A DNA stretch of 64,000 nucleotides from Podospora anserina (Eukaryota). The first letter of the stretch is position 1, and each line of letters begins with the position of its first letter. Of this stretch, positions 48,435-59,798 are shown piece by piece. The position numbers were made by a program, and so were the translations under genes. The notes beneath the pieces were generated by a model, which worked only from the letters and a program-made list of their open reading frames with translations, did no database searches and was not told where the DNA came from. Where the stretch lies: positions 806,001-870,000 of the forward strand of contig CM030338.1 in assembly GCA_017654855.1 (NCBI GenBank), read 5' to 3'.

Positions 48435-48457
48435 TGTGTGTGTGTGTGTGTGTGTGT
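48435..48457 (+). repeat. (TG)11 microsatellite
   Basis: Read directly from the sequence. Confidence 0.9.
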
Positions 48458-48819
48458 ATCTGTGTGTATTGTTGTCAGTGTGTGTCTGCAATAAAGACAG
48501 AAGAAAGAGGACTATGGACTGGGTTCCTTTGTGACGATAAGGGGGTTTTGTTGATTGAGCCAGGGGGTATTGTCATAGTCCTTTTGGGAAAGGGCTCGCG
48601 GTGATGATCTTGTTGCTTGTAGCTGGTACTGGTCGATCTCGTTGCGCGTTTTATCATCGTTCTGCGAGCGGAATATCGAAATCATCATCATCATCAAGCA
48701 AGCAAGCAATTCAGAGAATCGATCTCCGTCTCTCGACTCGTCCCCTCAGACATCAACGGCATCGAATCGAATCGCCAGCCCGTTGAGTGATTGATTACAG
48801 ATTAGGTATCCAGAAGAGC

Positions 48820-50403
48820 ATGACCACCACCCCGTCGCCTCTACTCGCCATACGGAGCAGCTCCCTCCAGATGCTCGCCTCGTTGCTCCGTCTCCCGCCC
48901 GAGATGATGGTTGGGGGGGTAACCACGAGGGAGATGCCTGCCCAATGGCTCGCGGAGCAGAAGCAGGTGGTTGACTCGGGGGTTTTGCCTTTCGAGGTGC
49001 TGGCGAAACCCACCACCACCGCGAGGGAAGTGTCGTCGTCGTCCAGGTGGAGGAGGGTTGTTGCTCCGTTCTTGCTTACCGGCAGTCGTCAACGGGGGTT
49101 GTGTCAAGCCCATGGTGGTCTCGATTATGATCTTGTCAGGGAGGTTTATGGCTTGGTTAGGAAGGAGGTGGTTGATGGCGGGGAGGGGGTGAGGTCTTGG
49201 TTGAGGTTTATTTCTCGGCGTCGAGAGGAATATAAACGGGATGATTGGAGGGATGTGAGGGGGTTTGTTGAGGATATGGCGGGGGTGGTTGTGTTGATGG
49301 AGGGGTTTGAGGTGGGTGACGGGGTGGATGAGGAGCGGTGGGAGGGGTATTTTGGAAGGGGGGTACGGATGGAAGATGTGAAAGAAAGGTTCGGGACGGG
49401 GTGGGAGAGGGTGGGAAGTGGGTGTTTGGCTTGTGTTTTGGGGGTTATTGGCGGGAGGAAGGAGGTGGTTGTTGGGTTGAGGGGGAGTTGCTTATCGCGG
49501 GCGAAGAGGAGGACGCCGAGGCTGGAGGGACGGTGGTTGGGGGGGTGGATGGATGGGGAGATGGTGAGGGAGAGTGAGGTGCTGGCGGGGAGGTTGAGGG
49601 TTGTGAGGAGGCTGCAGGAGGGGAGGTCTGGGGGGGAGGGGGTGGGTATGGATTTTGTGAGGGGGGTTGAGGAGGTGAGGTTGGGTGACGATGCTGGTCA
49701 CCGAGCTGGTGGCAATGCGATATATGAGGGTGAGGGCAGCAGGCAACTCAGCACCAACAACCCGTACAGACCTACTGACCCTAAAAGCCCATCACCACCG
49801 GTACCACCACCACAAGAACCATTCGGCGGGTTCGACGGCGCCTTCGATTCCGACGATGACCACTACCAACAAATCCTCAACACCCTCGTTCCCCCCGGCA
49901 ATCACATCCAAAATCCCATACCACCCCCAACACCCCCATCCATGAGTGACTCTAGAGACTATCACCCCCCTCGCCAAAGCTGGACAGCCCCCATACCCCC
50001 CCTTTCCCTCCCTTGCCGCTGCCCCCCACCCCATCATTCTCACCCTCCTGCAAACTTGAATCCCCAAGTTCACACCGCCATCATCCCACCCCCCTCCTCA
50101 AGCTACTACGCCGACGAAATCCTCAACCATTATCAGGATTATCAGGATCACAAACCATCAGCCAGAACAAGATCCAGCCCCATCTTCTCTGGGAGACCCC
50201 GGCCAGAAGAATACGACAGCTTGGTTACCATGGACAACAATGAAGCGGCTTTGTTGTGTCGCCGTGAACATCAGAAACGTTTGGACGAATGCTACAGTGA
50301 GAAGAGCACAAAGGCGAGGCTGAAAAGGGGGCTCGAAAGGGGCAGGAGCAGTCCAGGAAGTGATGGGGGCAGGACAGAGTGGAATGATTTCTGTCGGTTT
50401 TGA
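48820..50403 (+). CDS. Hypothetical protein (~527 aa); N-terminal helical domain with LCQAH and GCLAC motifs, Pro-rich C-terminus
   Basis: Long intronless ORF with first ATG at 48820. No family I recognise. Confidence 0.65.
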   Translation: MTTTPSPLLAIRSSSLQMLASLLRLPPEMMVGGVTTREMPAQWLAEQKQVVDSGVLPFEVLAKPTTTAREVSSSSRWRRVVAPFLLTGSRQRGLCQAHGGLDYDLVREVYGLVRKEVVDGGEGVRSWLRFISRRREEYKRDDWRDVRGFVEDMAGVVVLMEGFEVGDGVDEERWEGYFGRGVRMEDVKERFGTGWERVGSGCLACVLGVIGGRKEVVVGLRGSCLSRAKRRTPRLEGRWLGGWMDGEMVRESEVLAGRLRVVRRLQEGRSGGEGVGMDFVRGVEEVRLGDDAGHRAGGNAIYEGEGSRQLSTNNPYRPTDPKSPSPPVPPPQEPFGGFDGAFDSDDDHYQQILNTLVPPGNHIQNPIPPPTPPSMSDSRDYHPPRQSWTAPIPPLSLPCRCPPPHHSHPPANLNPQVHTAIIPPPSSSYYADEILNHYQDYQDHKPSARTRSSPIFSGRPRPEEYDSLVTMDNNEAALLCRREHQKRLDECYSEKSTKARLKRGLERGRSSPGSDGGRTEWNDFCRF

Positions 50404-50621
50404 GCAAGCGGGAATTGTGTTGTGAGAATAGTGGCATCATTTATTTCACTTGTGAATAGCATAATTATGTGAGGGCTGTCGTAAAATAGTTGTTTAACTT
50501 GATATGCATTGGTACATGTGCTGCGTTGATAATGTCCAGAACAAAGTACTCGAGATATAGGCCTCTATATATCCTGAATGCAGGTCCCTCTAAAGATGGC
50601 CGTCTATGGCATGCTCATCAT

Positions 50622-53600
50622 CTATGTCATGACGACATCCTCTGACTCTTTCACTTCAAGCTTTTCGACACCCTCTTGAGTTTTGACTTCCTCTGACTTT
50701 GCGTCGCCCTCAGAGCTGGTCACCTCCTCGGGTTTCTCCTCAGGCTTCTCTGTACCTTCTGGCTTCTCACCACCCTCACCCTCCTTCACCATCTCCGCCA
50801 CCTTCCCCCTATTCTTCCCCTTCCCCTTCTTCTGCTCCATCGCAGCCTTGGCATGCTCCAGCTTCTTCTTCTGCTTCTCCGCCTTCTTCCTCTCCTGCTC
50901 CTTCTTTTTCTCAGCCTTCTTTGCCGCCTCCTCCCCACCCTCCTCCCCTTCTTCCCCATCCTCCCCCTCCTTCTCCTTCATCTCCTCCTCCAACAACTTC
51001 TTAATCGCAGGAATAAACTCCTCCGCCTGCTTAAACTCCCCCAGCTTCACCCTCATATGATCAAACGCGTACAGCACCGCCGTGTCCTTCCCCAACTCCA
51101 CCTTCTCCCCCTCCCCCTCAGGAGCAGGCAGCTTCGGGTACCGCTGGCTAAAATGCGTGAGCAAGATCCTTCTCGCGCCCATATCCCTCCCCACCGCGAG
51201 CGCCTCGCTGATGGTGGAGTGTTTCTTCGCCACGGCATCCCCTTTGAGCCCGTCTTCAAAGGTGCACTCGTGCAGCAGCAAATGCGCGCCCTTTCCTAGC
51301 TCCGCGAATTTCTTAGACGGGCGGCAGTCTCCAGAGTAGGCGATCTTCAGGCCAGAGGGGGCAAAGGTCATGACGATGGCGGTGGCATTTTGGCAGTGGT
51401 CTACCCAACAGATCTCCACCTTTGGGAAACGTTCCTGCATGGTATTGCACTCCGACTGGTTCAAGGTGGGCGGAAATTTCCAGCCCAAATCGGCGTTGGG
51501 CTGCCCCCCACGGTAGGGAACGATGCCGACTACGCGGTCCAGACCCAGAGGCTCGACGCCGTCGTACTCGAGCATCCAGGAGTGGAACCCTCCGGTGGCG
51601 ATGACACCGAGTAAAGCGTCGGTTCCGGCGGTCACCTTGTTCCAGCGGGCCATCATGCTGGCGGTGCCAAAGTGGTGGTCGGCGTGGAGGTGGCTGATGT
51701 AAATGGCGCGGAGGTCTTTGAGGACCTCGTCTGTGCCTTCGTTACCATACAAACGGCGGAGTTGGCCAAGTGTGTTCTCTCCGCAGTCGAACAGGTAGCT
51801 GCCGTGGCCGGGGACACGGATGAGCGTGGCGGAGACGTTGCGGTACTTGGACGGCAAGGCAGAGCCGGTACCCAGCGGGATGATCTCTGTGTCACGGTTG
51901 GGGATATCCTTCTGGGATTCCTCAACTTCGACAAGGAAGGCCGGGTCGGCAATCTTCTTGCTCGCCTCTCTTGCCATCTCTACCACCTCGCGGTGCTGTC
52001 CAACCAATGCCTTGAGGGTGCCTATTGGGTCGATAGGGGAAACCAAAAACTCTGAAGAAGGCCCTGGCTTGGGATGCAAGTTGATTCTGGCGCCAGCCGC
52101 GCCAACATCGCCCGCACCCACAGGGGCAAGCGGCCGGCTGTCGAACTTCAGTAGAGGGAACCGATCGGGGTCAATGAAATTCAGCTTGAGCGTCTTGTCG
52201 GCTGGATCCTGCAGCGCCAGTGTGTTTGGGCAAACATCCTGGCCGAGCAGAACGTGCTGTACCGAAGGAAACTTCTTCATGAACTCAACGAGCCTCTCAT
52301 CACGGTAAGCGCTGAACTGCTCCGACGAGATCCAATACATCACGTCAATCCCGCTCATAAGCGCCGAATCCGACCACTCTGGACGAGCGAGGAAGCTGTT
52401 CACCATGTCTTCGGCTGGTATGTCGATCACGGCAAGGCCTCGCCCCGCGACAGTAGGCTCCATGACCATGTCAGGAGTCACCACTGTGCCATTCTCGAGC
52501 GTGATAGTTTCTCCATCGATCAACTTTTTGAAGTCAAACTTTGAAACACCAAGCTTATTAGCTTCCTCGGGCTTGAACTTGCCACGTCGTGGGTGGCACT
52601 TGGCGATATAACACAGCGACTCGTTGGACGGCTTCGTAATGGGGAGCGTCTCAATCTTGGCCGCCGGCCATGGCGAACGGATCAAGACCCTAATATCTGG
52701 CAACTTTTCAGTGTTGCCAGGACGAGGCCCCTTGTACTCCTCGATCATACCGCCTTCGGAACGGAAAAAGATCTTGGCCAATGGGTCGGCATCGCGCAGG
52801 TTCACCTCGTGCAGGGTATCAAGACTCCACGTCGAAGAAAACATGCCCGCAACGGCAGCCTGTCTGATGTGCTGAGCCTCCGCATCCGAAAGCTCAGCCT
52901 GCTCTGTAACTGCCGTTTCGGCCTCTTCCTCCCCCTCCTCCAAGTCGCTGTGTTTGCGTTTTCTAGACCCTGGACGACTGGCGCTTGAATTCGAGGTTAT
53001 TGGTAGGTGCCAGATACGGACGAGATCATCCTCAAAGTCGGGGATGGCACGGTCGTTCCTCTGAGACGGCGAATCGGTTCGGATCTCGTTCAGACTAAGG
53101 GGAATGCCCTTGCGGAAGATAAACCGTCGGGTAGTAGCCAGAGAATGTACCAAGTTCCTACCTCCGTAGATATGAAGGTCGTCGTCGATATCCCTGTCCT
53201 TCGACTTCAACCCCTTCGCTTCCCGCACGGCAAGCTCGTCGGCACGAGCAGCCTTTGCTCCTGCCACAACGTCGGCCAGAGTCAACATCAAGCCCGGCAA
53301 CCCTCCCGTCGTGCTCCAGTCGACCGTGCCCGTGACAAAGATATTATGGATCTTCGCCATCGCAACCTTCCTCTGCACCATCGCCCTCTGTGTTCCCTCG
53401 GCCATGCGCCCAAAGAGATAACGGCGCCGGTCGAAATGCAGCAGCACACACGCCCCCGGCGTGTCAGCCGTGGGGGTGGTGACCACCTGGGTGTAGGAAG
53501 TCATCGTCTGGGCGTTGCCCTGGTTCTTTTCCGGGGCGACGGCCTTGTTTATCGTCGTGATTGTCGGGTTTAGCTCTCGAGGAATGTTCAACACAGCTCG

Positions 53601-53813
53601 GAGCGTGTGTCCTCTTGGTGACCGGCCTGGATACGGAAACCAAACCGAGGTGCCGTCTGACAAGAGCTTGGGTATGTGGTGTCGGGTGATGACACCAATG
53701 TAGGAAGGAAAGCCAGGCGGAACCTTCTTCGTTCGTAGAGCAAGTTTCGAGGGGTGGCTCTTTAAAGATGGTCGAGCAATCTTGAGGCGGCTTGGGAGGC
53801 GCAAGCGGTTCAT
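50622..53813 (-). CDS. TRZ1: tRNase Z (long form, ELAC2-type tRNA 3' endonuclease)
   Basis: Motifs TPTADT, YLFGRMAEGTQR, LGTGSALPSKYRNVS, DCGENTLGQL, SHLHADHH, YSGDCRP, HECTF, KKHST and LTHFSQRYPK. Confidence 0.95.
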   Translation of the reverse strand: MNRLRLPSRLKIARPSLKSHPSKLALRTKKVPPGFPSYIGVITRHHIPKLLSDGTSVWFPYPGRSPRGHTLRAVLNIPRELNPTITTINKAVAPEKNQGNAQTMTSYTQVVTTPTADTPGACVLLHFDRRRYLFGRMAEGTQRAMVQRKVAMAKIHNIFVTGTVDWSTTGGLPGLMLTLADVVAGAKAARADELAVREAKGLKSKDRDIDDDLHIYGGRNLVHSLATTRRFIFRKGIPLSLNEIRTDSPSQRNDRAIPDFEDDLVRIWHLPITSNSSASRPGSRKRKHSDLEEGEEEAETAVTEQAELSDAEAQHIRQAAVAGMFSSTWSLDTLHEVNLRDADPLAKIFFRSEGGMIEEYKGPRPGNTEKLPDIRVLIRSPWPAAKIETLPITKPSNESLCYIAKCHPRRGKFKPEEANKLGVSKFDFKKLIDGETITLENGTVVTPDMVMEPTVAGRGLAVIDIPAEDMVNSFLARPEWSDSALMSGIDVMYWISSEQFSAYRDERLVEFMKKFPSVQHVLLGQDVCPNTLALQDPADKTLKLNFIDPDRFPLLKFDSRPLAPVGAGDVGAAGARINLHPKPGPSSEFLVSPIDPIGTLKALVGQHREVVEMAREASKKIADPAFLVEVEESQKDIPNRDTEIIPLGTGSALPSKYRNVSATLIRVPGHGSYLFDCGENTLGQLRRLYGNEGTDEVLKDLRAIYISHLHADHHFGTASMMARWNKVTAGTDALLGVIATGGFHSWMLEYDGVEPLGLDRVVGIVPYRGGQPNADLGWKFPPTLNQSECNTMQERFPKVEICWVDHCQNATAIVMTFAPSGLKIAYSGDCRPSKKFAELGKGAHLLLHECTFEDGLKGDAVAKKHSTISEALAVGRDMGARRILLTHFSQRYPKLPAPEGEGEKVELGKDTAVLYAFDHMRVKLGEFKQAEEFIPAIKKLLEEEMKEKEGEDGEEGEEGGEEAAKKAEKKKEQERKKAEKQKKKLEHAKAAMEQKKGKGKNRGKVAEMVKEGEGGEKPEGTEKPEEKPEEVTSSEGDAKSEEVKTQEGVEKLEVKESEDVVMT

Positions 53814-54120
53814 TGGGTCATGCCCGCGGCGCTATCCGACGAGGATCTGTTCATAATCGGGTTGAGCGCGGGTGCCTGTTGGCCGGTGAGTCAAGGACCG
53901 AAGCCGACGTACGGGAGTTGTGGTTATGGCGGGGCTGCCTGTCGCCCTTCAAACAATTGTTCAAGACCAGGCGCATTTTCTCTTTCTGCCGCTCCACCAA
54001 AGATTCACTATTTTAAAGTGGGGCAAACAAGATATAATAAGGAAGGCGGTGTAGCAGGAGGGTTAGGGTTGTCTATCCAAAATATGTAGATTCATGGTCT
54101 CATCATTCATCACAACACCC

Positions 54121-56502
54121 CTATCTTTTATGGGCCTCCTTCAGTGCCTCCTTCACAATACCCTCCGCCTCCTTGATTACATCCTCGCCTCTTCTCCACG
54201 TGTACAGCGGCACTCCCATCCCATCCAGTGTCTCATGAGCTCGTGCCAACCGCCTTAGCCACATGTCCACCTTCTTGTTCAAAGCAGCTGCCGCGTTGTT
54301 TGGTGGAACATTCGGGGGCGTCAGTGACCCTTGGCTAGAGGAAGTAGAGTGAATAATTCCATCAAAACTGGCGTTGGCTCGCTTCACTGGATGTTGCGCT
54401 TGCGGCAGACTCTGCGTACTCGATCCCGTCCCACTTCGCCTAGGTGGGGGAGGTGGCGGTGGTGTCGTTCTATCACGGCTAGCAGCAGGAGAACTAGCGG
54501 TACTGGTGATTGGTGGTCGAGAGCCGCTCGACACAGATAATGCGTGAACACGGGGGTTGGGTGCAGAAGCAGGGCTGTCCCGCGAGCTAGCAGCTGTGTC
54601 TGATGCCGAGGCGCTCCTCAAAGCATCAGGTTTGGCAGGCCGAGGTGGTGGTGCCTTACGGAGGGGAAGTTCTGATGAAGGCACCGCCGTTCTCGGCCTC
54701 TCCTGGTTACTTTCTCTGCGGCTTTGGCTAGGGCTGACCTGAGTTGAGTCATCGGAGAAGTCGATCAAGGTCCCTTCCACAGGCCCTCTAGATCCCGCAG
54801 ATGAGGCTGACGTTCGGGGAGGCAATTGCGGCCGTGCTTCCTCATTTCTGGGCTCACTTTGCTGTTCAATCCTCGCTCGAGTAGCCCTTAGTGTACTCCG
54901 CTGGTCACTGTCAAGCTTGAACCCAGAGTCAAAAAAGCCAAGCTCGTCAGGGGTAGTGACATCGCGAATGAAGATACCCAGCACGCGCCCAGGATTCTGG
55001 ACTGCAAGGTCGGTATAGACCTCGAGATCAGCCTCACCGCTGTCGCCTACTAGGATGAACCTCCTTTCAGGAAAGTCTCGCAAGATAGCCTCGAGTGTCC
55101 CCTTTTTCCTCTCCGCCACTGGTTCAAAAATTCCTTGCAACATCCCGCTGTAGTGCTTCAGGTGTATAGAGCCCTGTGGCAGCCCAGCCATGTGGAAGAA
55201 GGTCGCAAGTACCGGAAACAATTGCCATGGACTGTTGGAGCAGTAATGCAACTGGACCCCAAGATCGTGCATAGTATGATACCACTCGGTGACTCCAGGA
55301 ACAGTCAAATCCGCCAAATCTCGAATGAAAGTGTTACGGAAGATCTCGCGAGCTCCCATGCCAATATTGGAGCGTTTGATTGTGTCGTCCACATCGCTGA
55401 TCAAGCTTACACCGGTAGAATCGATAATCTCGATGGGATTTGTCGCCGAGATGTTTTCACTCGCCAGTACCCTAACATGGGTGGGCACAAAGTCCAGAAA
55501 CACGCGAACAATGAAATGCCCCGAGTCATCTGTCTGTATCGTACGAGATCTCGATCGAGTATCGTTGTAGAAGAAGAGTGTGATTGGATGCTGGACAAGA
55601 GGCGTCGTCATGAACGGTCCTATTCGCGCCATGAGGTTCGCATTGGCCACTGCCAGCTCAGCCTCTGTCAGGTCGGCTGGCCCCCCCGTATTCGTCCTTG
55701 CCGGCAATGGTGGTGATGGTGGCGGGGAGTTCGAGGCTGTCCTACGGGCTGCAGTTCGTGGCCCCCGGGCCGAGTCACTTCGGTCTGGACCCTCGCTGTA
55801 GCCCCCTCTTGTCGCAACCTCCTCTTCCTCTCTGCCCTGCTTCTCAATCCTCTTTGCCTCTTCTGCGATTCTCTTCTCTTCTTTCATCTGCTCATGGTCC
55901 TCGGCTGACGAACCTGCCTGCGATGTCGTCGGTGGTGGAATGCCACTGAGCCTCCTGGCAAGACCAATCACCATGCGATTTCTTCTGGTCATCGGTCCCG
56001 TGTTGGGCATATATATCCAACCCCTGATGTCAACGTCCACGACCGCGTTATTGTCGGCATTCTTATCCCACTCATCCTTCCAAAACCGTTCCTGATTTTG
56101 CCCCTGAGATTGCCCATCCCTAGTCTGCTGCTGCTGCGGTTGTGTCTGAACCACCACATGACCAGGCGGGTGTCTTCCAGCTCCCTTCACATGCATCTTT
56201 GCATAAGTAGGAAATAGCACCATCTGCTCCTCCCCCTTGTGAATGATCTTGACATCGGGAAACGACCCAGGAATAGAGTACTGGCTCGCATCCATAGACT
56301 CCACATTCCGTATCCGGGTGTTGTTGTACTGCTCCTTGATCTCCGACGCAGCAGCAGCACCAGCGCGATATACACTCCCAGCAAAGGCAGCTAATTTCTT
56401 GCGCCGGGCACCAGCCTCCCGTGGGGGTCCAGCCTCGCCACCGCTACCATAGCCGCTAGGGTTGGAGGCGTAATTATAGTTGTAACCATGACGTGACGCC
56501 AT
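54121..56502 (-). CDS. APP1: App1-type phosphatidate phosphatase (actin patch protein)
   Basis: Catalytic DxDxT motif ISDVDDTIK, plus HYCSNSPWQL, FPERRFILVGDSGEADLEVY and IFIRDVT. The first ATG is at 56502; the frame is open for at least 118 further codons upstream. Confidence 0.9.
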   Translation of the reverse strand: MASRHGYNYNYASNPSGYGSGGEAGPPREAGARRKKLAAFAGSVYRAGAAAASEIKEQYNNTRIRNVESMDASQYSIPGSFPDVKIIHKGEEQMVLFPTYAKMHVKGAGRHPPGHVVVQTQPQQQQTRDGQSQGQNQERFWKDEWDKNADNNAVVDVDIRGWIYMPNTGPMTRRNRMVIGLARRLSGIPPPTTSQAGSSAEDHEQMKEEKRIAEEAKRIEKQGREEEEVATRGGYSEGPDRSDSARGPRTAARRTASNSPPPSPPLPARTNTGGPADLTEAELAVANANLMARIGPFMTTPLVQHPITLFFYNDTRSRSRTIQTDDSGHFIVRVFLDFVPTHVRVLASENISATNPIEIIDSTGVSLISDVDDTIKRSNIGMGAREIFRNTFIRDLADLTVPGVTEWYHTMHDLGVQLHYCSNSPWQLFPVLATFFHMAGLPQGSIHLKHYSGMLQGIFEPVAERKKGTLEAILRDFPERRFILVGDSGEADLEVYTDLAVQNPGRVLGIFIRDVTTPDELGFFDSGFKLDSDQRSTLRATRARIEQQSEPRNEEARPQLPPRTSASSAGSRGPVEGTLIDFSDDSTQVSPSQSRRESNQERPRTAVPSSELPLRKAPPPRPAKPDALRSASASDTAASSRDSPASAPNPRVHALSVSSGSRPPITSTASSPAASRDRTTPPPPPPPRRSGTGSSTQSLPQAQHPVKRANASFDGIIHSTSSSQGSLTPPNVPPNNAAAALNKKVDMWLRRLARAHETLDGMGVPLYTWRRGEDVIKEAEGIVKEALKEAHKR

Positions 56503-57350
56503 CTTGTTTTCTCCGCCAGCGGTCTCGTCCGAGATCTCGTTCGGTTTTGCGCCTGGAGTCAAGCGTCGGGTGGGTTTTGCGCCGAGCTGGAATTGGCGAA
56601 GAACAATGTCCACCAGCCTCCTTTGCTCCAGGCGCTTCCGCTGTCGTTCGGCAAGAAATCTATATATTCGACTCTGCGCGCTCTGCTTATATCGTGGATG
56701 TCTGTTTAGGCGAAAGTCGAGAAGGCGCCCTTGAAAGCGCCTGCGTAGGGCGTAGAAGGGAAAAAGCTGGCGCAAAAGTGAGGAGTTGTTGTCTGAAGGT
56801 GCCCTTGGCGGGACCTTCGACAGAAGATTGAAGAGACGTTTGAAGCTGGGAGCCACGTTTGCTAATATGATTGTAAAGGATGTTTGTAGAGGAAGTCCGG
56901 CGTCACACTCGAGCGGACGTGACTGTAAGAAAAAACCCTGTCAAAGGCTGACGGTAGGATAGGGGACCAGGAAAACTTGGAGAGCTGAGATCGTGGGGTG
57001 ATGCGGGGAACTTTGCAACCAGCGAAAAGAAGGCGAGTAGAGCCCTTGGTGTCTATTGACTCGGGTTTAATTCTTGACAAAAGACCAGTCTCAACAAAAT
57101 GCCCAAACAATGCTGGGGTTTCCAAACAATGTCCAGACGTGGTAAAAGCTGGAGTGTTGCCCAACTTTGGAGCTCAATTGCTGCGAATTACGTCACTGAG
57201 CTAGGCGACCACTCAACTGTGAGCTACTTGGGGCACGAGCCACACACACAGCGCCCGCTGACGTGAACAATGAACGAGAACTCTCTCGCAGTCCTGAAAA
57301 ATCGCCAAATGTTGTATTACACTGCTGCTAACGGGATATCACTGTGACTT

Positions 57351-59798
57351 CTACCTCCTCTTGAACGACTTCTTGCCAGCCGGCCCCTTCGTCTTGGGCT
57401 TCTTCACCTTGGAAAGGTTCAGGACCGCCCCCTTTCCAGCTCTCTCTTCCTTGCCCTTCTTCCATGTCCTGCCTTCCTTCATTTCTTGCTTGGCATCGAG
57501 CTTCTTCTTATCCTTGTTGCTCAGCTTGCCTTGGCTCTTCTTCTTGAGCTGTTCCCTTATGCCGTTGAGCTCTTCGCGGCCCGCAAGTTTGGCGGCTCTC
57601 TTGTCATCCTGGGTCTCGAACCATGTACGCTTGGGTCGCGAGGCGATCTCCTCTTCGTACTTGATCATGTTCTCACCCTTCTTGACCTGCATCTCCACTT
57701 GTTGAAGTTGCTTCTCCTCCTTCTCTTCCTGCATGATCTCCTTGATCTCGCCCTCCATCTCGTCAATCTGATCTTGCCACTTGTCGGCATCAGATGCCTC
57801 GATGATTCTGCTGGTAATCTTTGCGCCCTGAGCCTTGCCGGCCCTGACAGCCGCCTTGACAACCTTGCGGTCGGGCTCGGCTGCCAGCGTGAGGGCAACA
57901 CCGCTACGGCCCGCACGGGCAGTACGACCGATACGATGGATGTAGATTTCCAAGTTTTGAGGGGCCTCGTAGTTGATGACAGTGTCAACACCCTTGATAT
58001 CCAAACCACGAGAGGCCAAATCTGTAGCTAAAAGGAAATTGACCTTGCCGTCTCTGAATGCTTCAACACTAGCAATACGCTGCGATCTATCAGTATCATG
58101 ATGTTAGTCAAGACCAAGAAGAGAACATACCTGTGCTTGGTTCATGCTGCCGTGAAGCTCTGCGCAGCTCATGCCTAAAAGACCAAAGATGATGCGAGTC
58201 TCGTGCGCAATCTTCTTTTGCCTGAAGAAAATAATGACGCGTTCTGTGTAAAGGGTCTTGCAAATGTGTACCAGGTATCCCATACGCTTCTTCTCACGGC
58301 CCGGCCGCAACCGCACAAACTCTTGTCTGAGGTTGCTGGCAGTCTTCTTTTGAGAATCAACCTGGATGCGGACAGGCTTGTTGAGACCGGCACGAATGAG
58401 CCTGTCAACGGACGATGTCATGGTGGCCGAGAAGAGCATCGTTTGCCTCGACTTGGGGAGGGTGGTGAGAATTTCGTTCAGTTCATCCGCGAACCCGTCT
58501 TCGAGCATTCTGTCGGCCTCATCAAGCACCAGAATCTCGACAGTCTCAACAGCAAAGCTGGCAGAGTTGCGCATATGATCAATGAAACGACCAGGGGTGG
58601 CGATGACCACATCAGGTCTCAGGCGCAGCTCCTGTTCTTGAACCTTCAAACTAAGACCACCAACAGCCAGACAGAACTTGATGTCTGTGTGCGATGCCAG
58701 CTTGACACCGACAGCGTGGCACTGAATGGCCAACTCACGCGTTGGCGCCAAAATGACGACTCTGGTTGTCGCAACCTTCTTTGACCGGTAGAGGAGACGC
58801 TCGAGAATGGGTACGAGGAAGGCACCCGTTTTACCGGAACCAGTCACGGCACCACCGACAACATCCTTGCCCATGAGTGCGATTGGTATTGTCTTGGACT
58901 GAATTGGCGTGGGCTTTGTGAATCCGACCGAGTTCAGACCCTTGAGAATAGGACGGGAAAGCGACATCTCGAGGAAGGAACTGTGGACGCCCTTTTCTTG
59001 CTTGACGTCGTCCTCATCGGCAAAGAACTCTTTCCTCTTAGCAGCCTCCTCGGCATCTTCTTCATCGTCTTCGGATTCGGAGTCTTTCTCGTCGTCGGGG
59101 TGATTGATGGGTGTCGCGACCGAGTCATTGTCCGAAGCAGCATCGTCGTCGTCGTCGGCCTCGCCATCCTTCTCCTCGTCCTCATCCTCAGAATCGGAAC
59201 CGTCTTTTGGCTCCTCCTCCTCCTCCTCCTCGACATCAGACCCCACGCCCATACCAAAGCCATCCTCCGCCAACACCTCATCATCGTCGTCGTCAAGGTC
59301 CACTTCCGCCATCTCCTCATCCTCTTCTTCCACTTCCTCCTCCTTCTCCTCCTCCTTCTTCTTCCCAGCCTTGGCCTCCTTCTTCGCCCTCCTCCTCTCA
59401 ATGATAGCATCCAAATCAACCATAACCTTATTCTCGCCCCCCTTGAGCATATTCTTCTTCGCATCGTCAAAACCCCACGCGCCGTCGAATTCTTCCCCAA
59501 AGTCGTTCACACCTTCGAGCGCAAACTCAAAGTCGGAATCCATAGCGCCATCATCCCAAACAGCCTCCTTGTCGTCCTTCCCCTCCTCTTCTTCCTCATC
59601 CTCCCCCTCCTGTCGTTGTTGCTTCTTCCCCTTCTTGCCCTTCTTCTCCTTCTTCACAGTCTTGGTCTTCTTTTTTGGCCGAGCGGCGGCGGCGGCAACC
59701 TCGACGTCCTCCTCCTCGTTTGGGATTTCCTCATTGTCGGAGATGGTGAGGATGAAGTCGTCGTCGACGGTTTTTCTCTTCTTTTGAACGGGCGCCAT
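57351..59798 (-). CDS. DRS1: DEAD-box RNA helicase Drs1 (60S biogenesis)
   Basis: Acidic N-terminus, then [50 protein letters not shown] and RPKRTWF. A 51-nt intron lies at 58130-58080. Confidence 0.95.
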
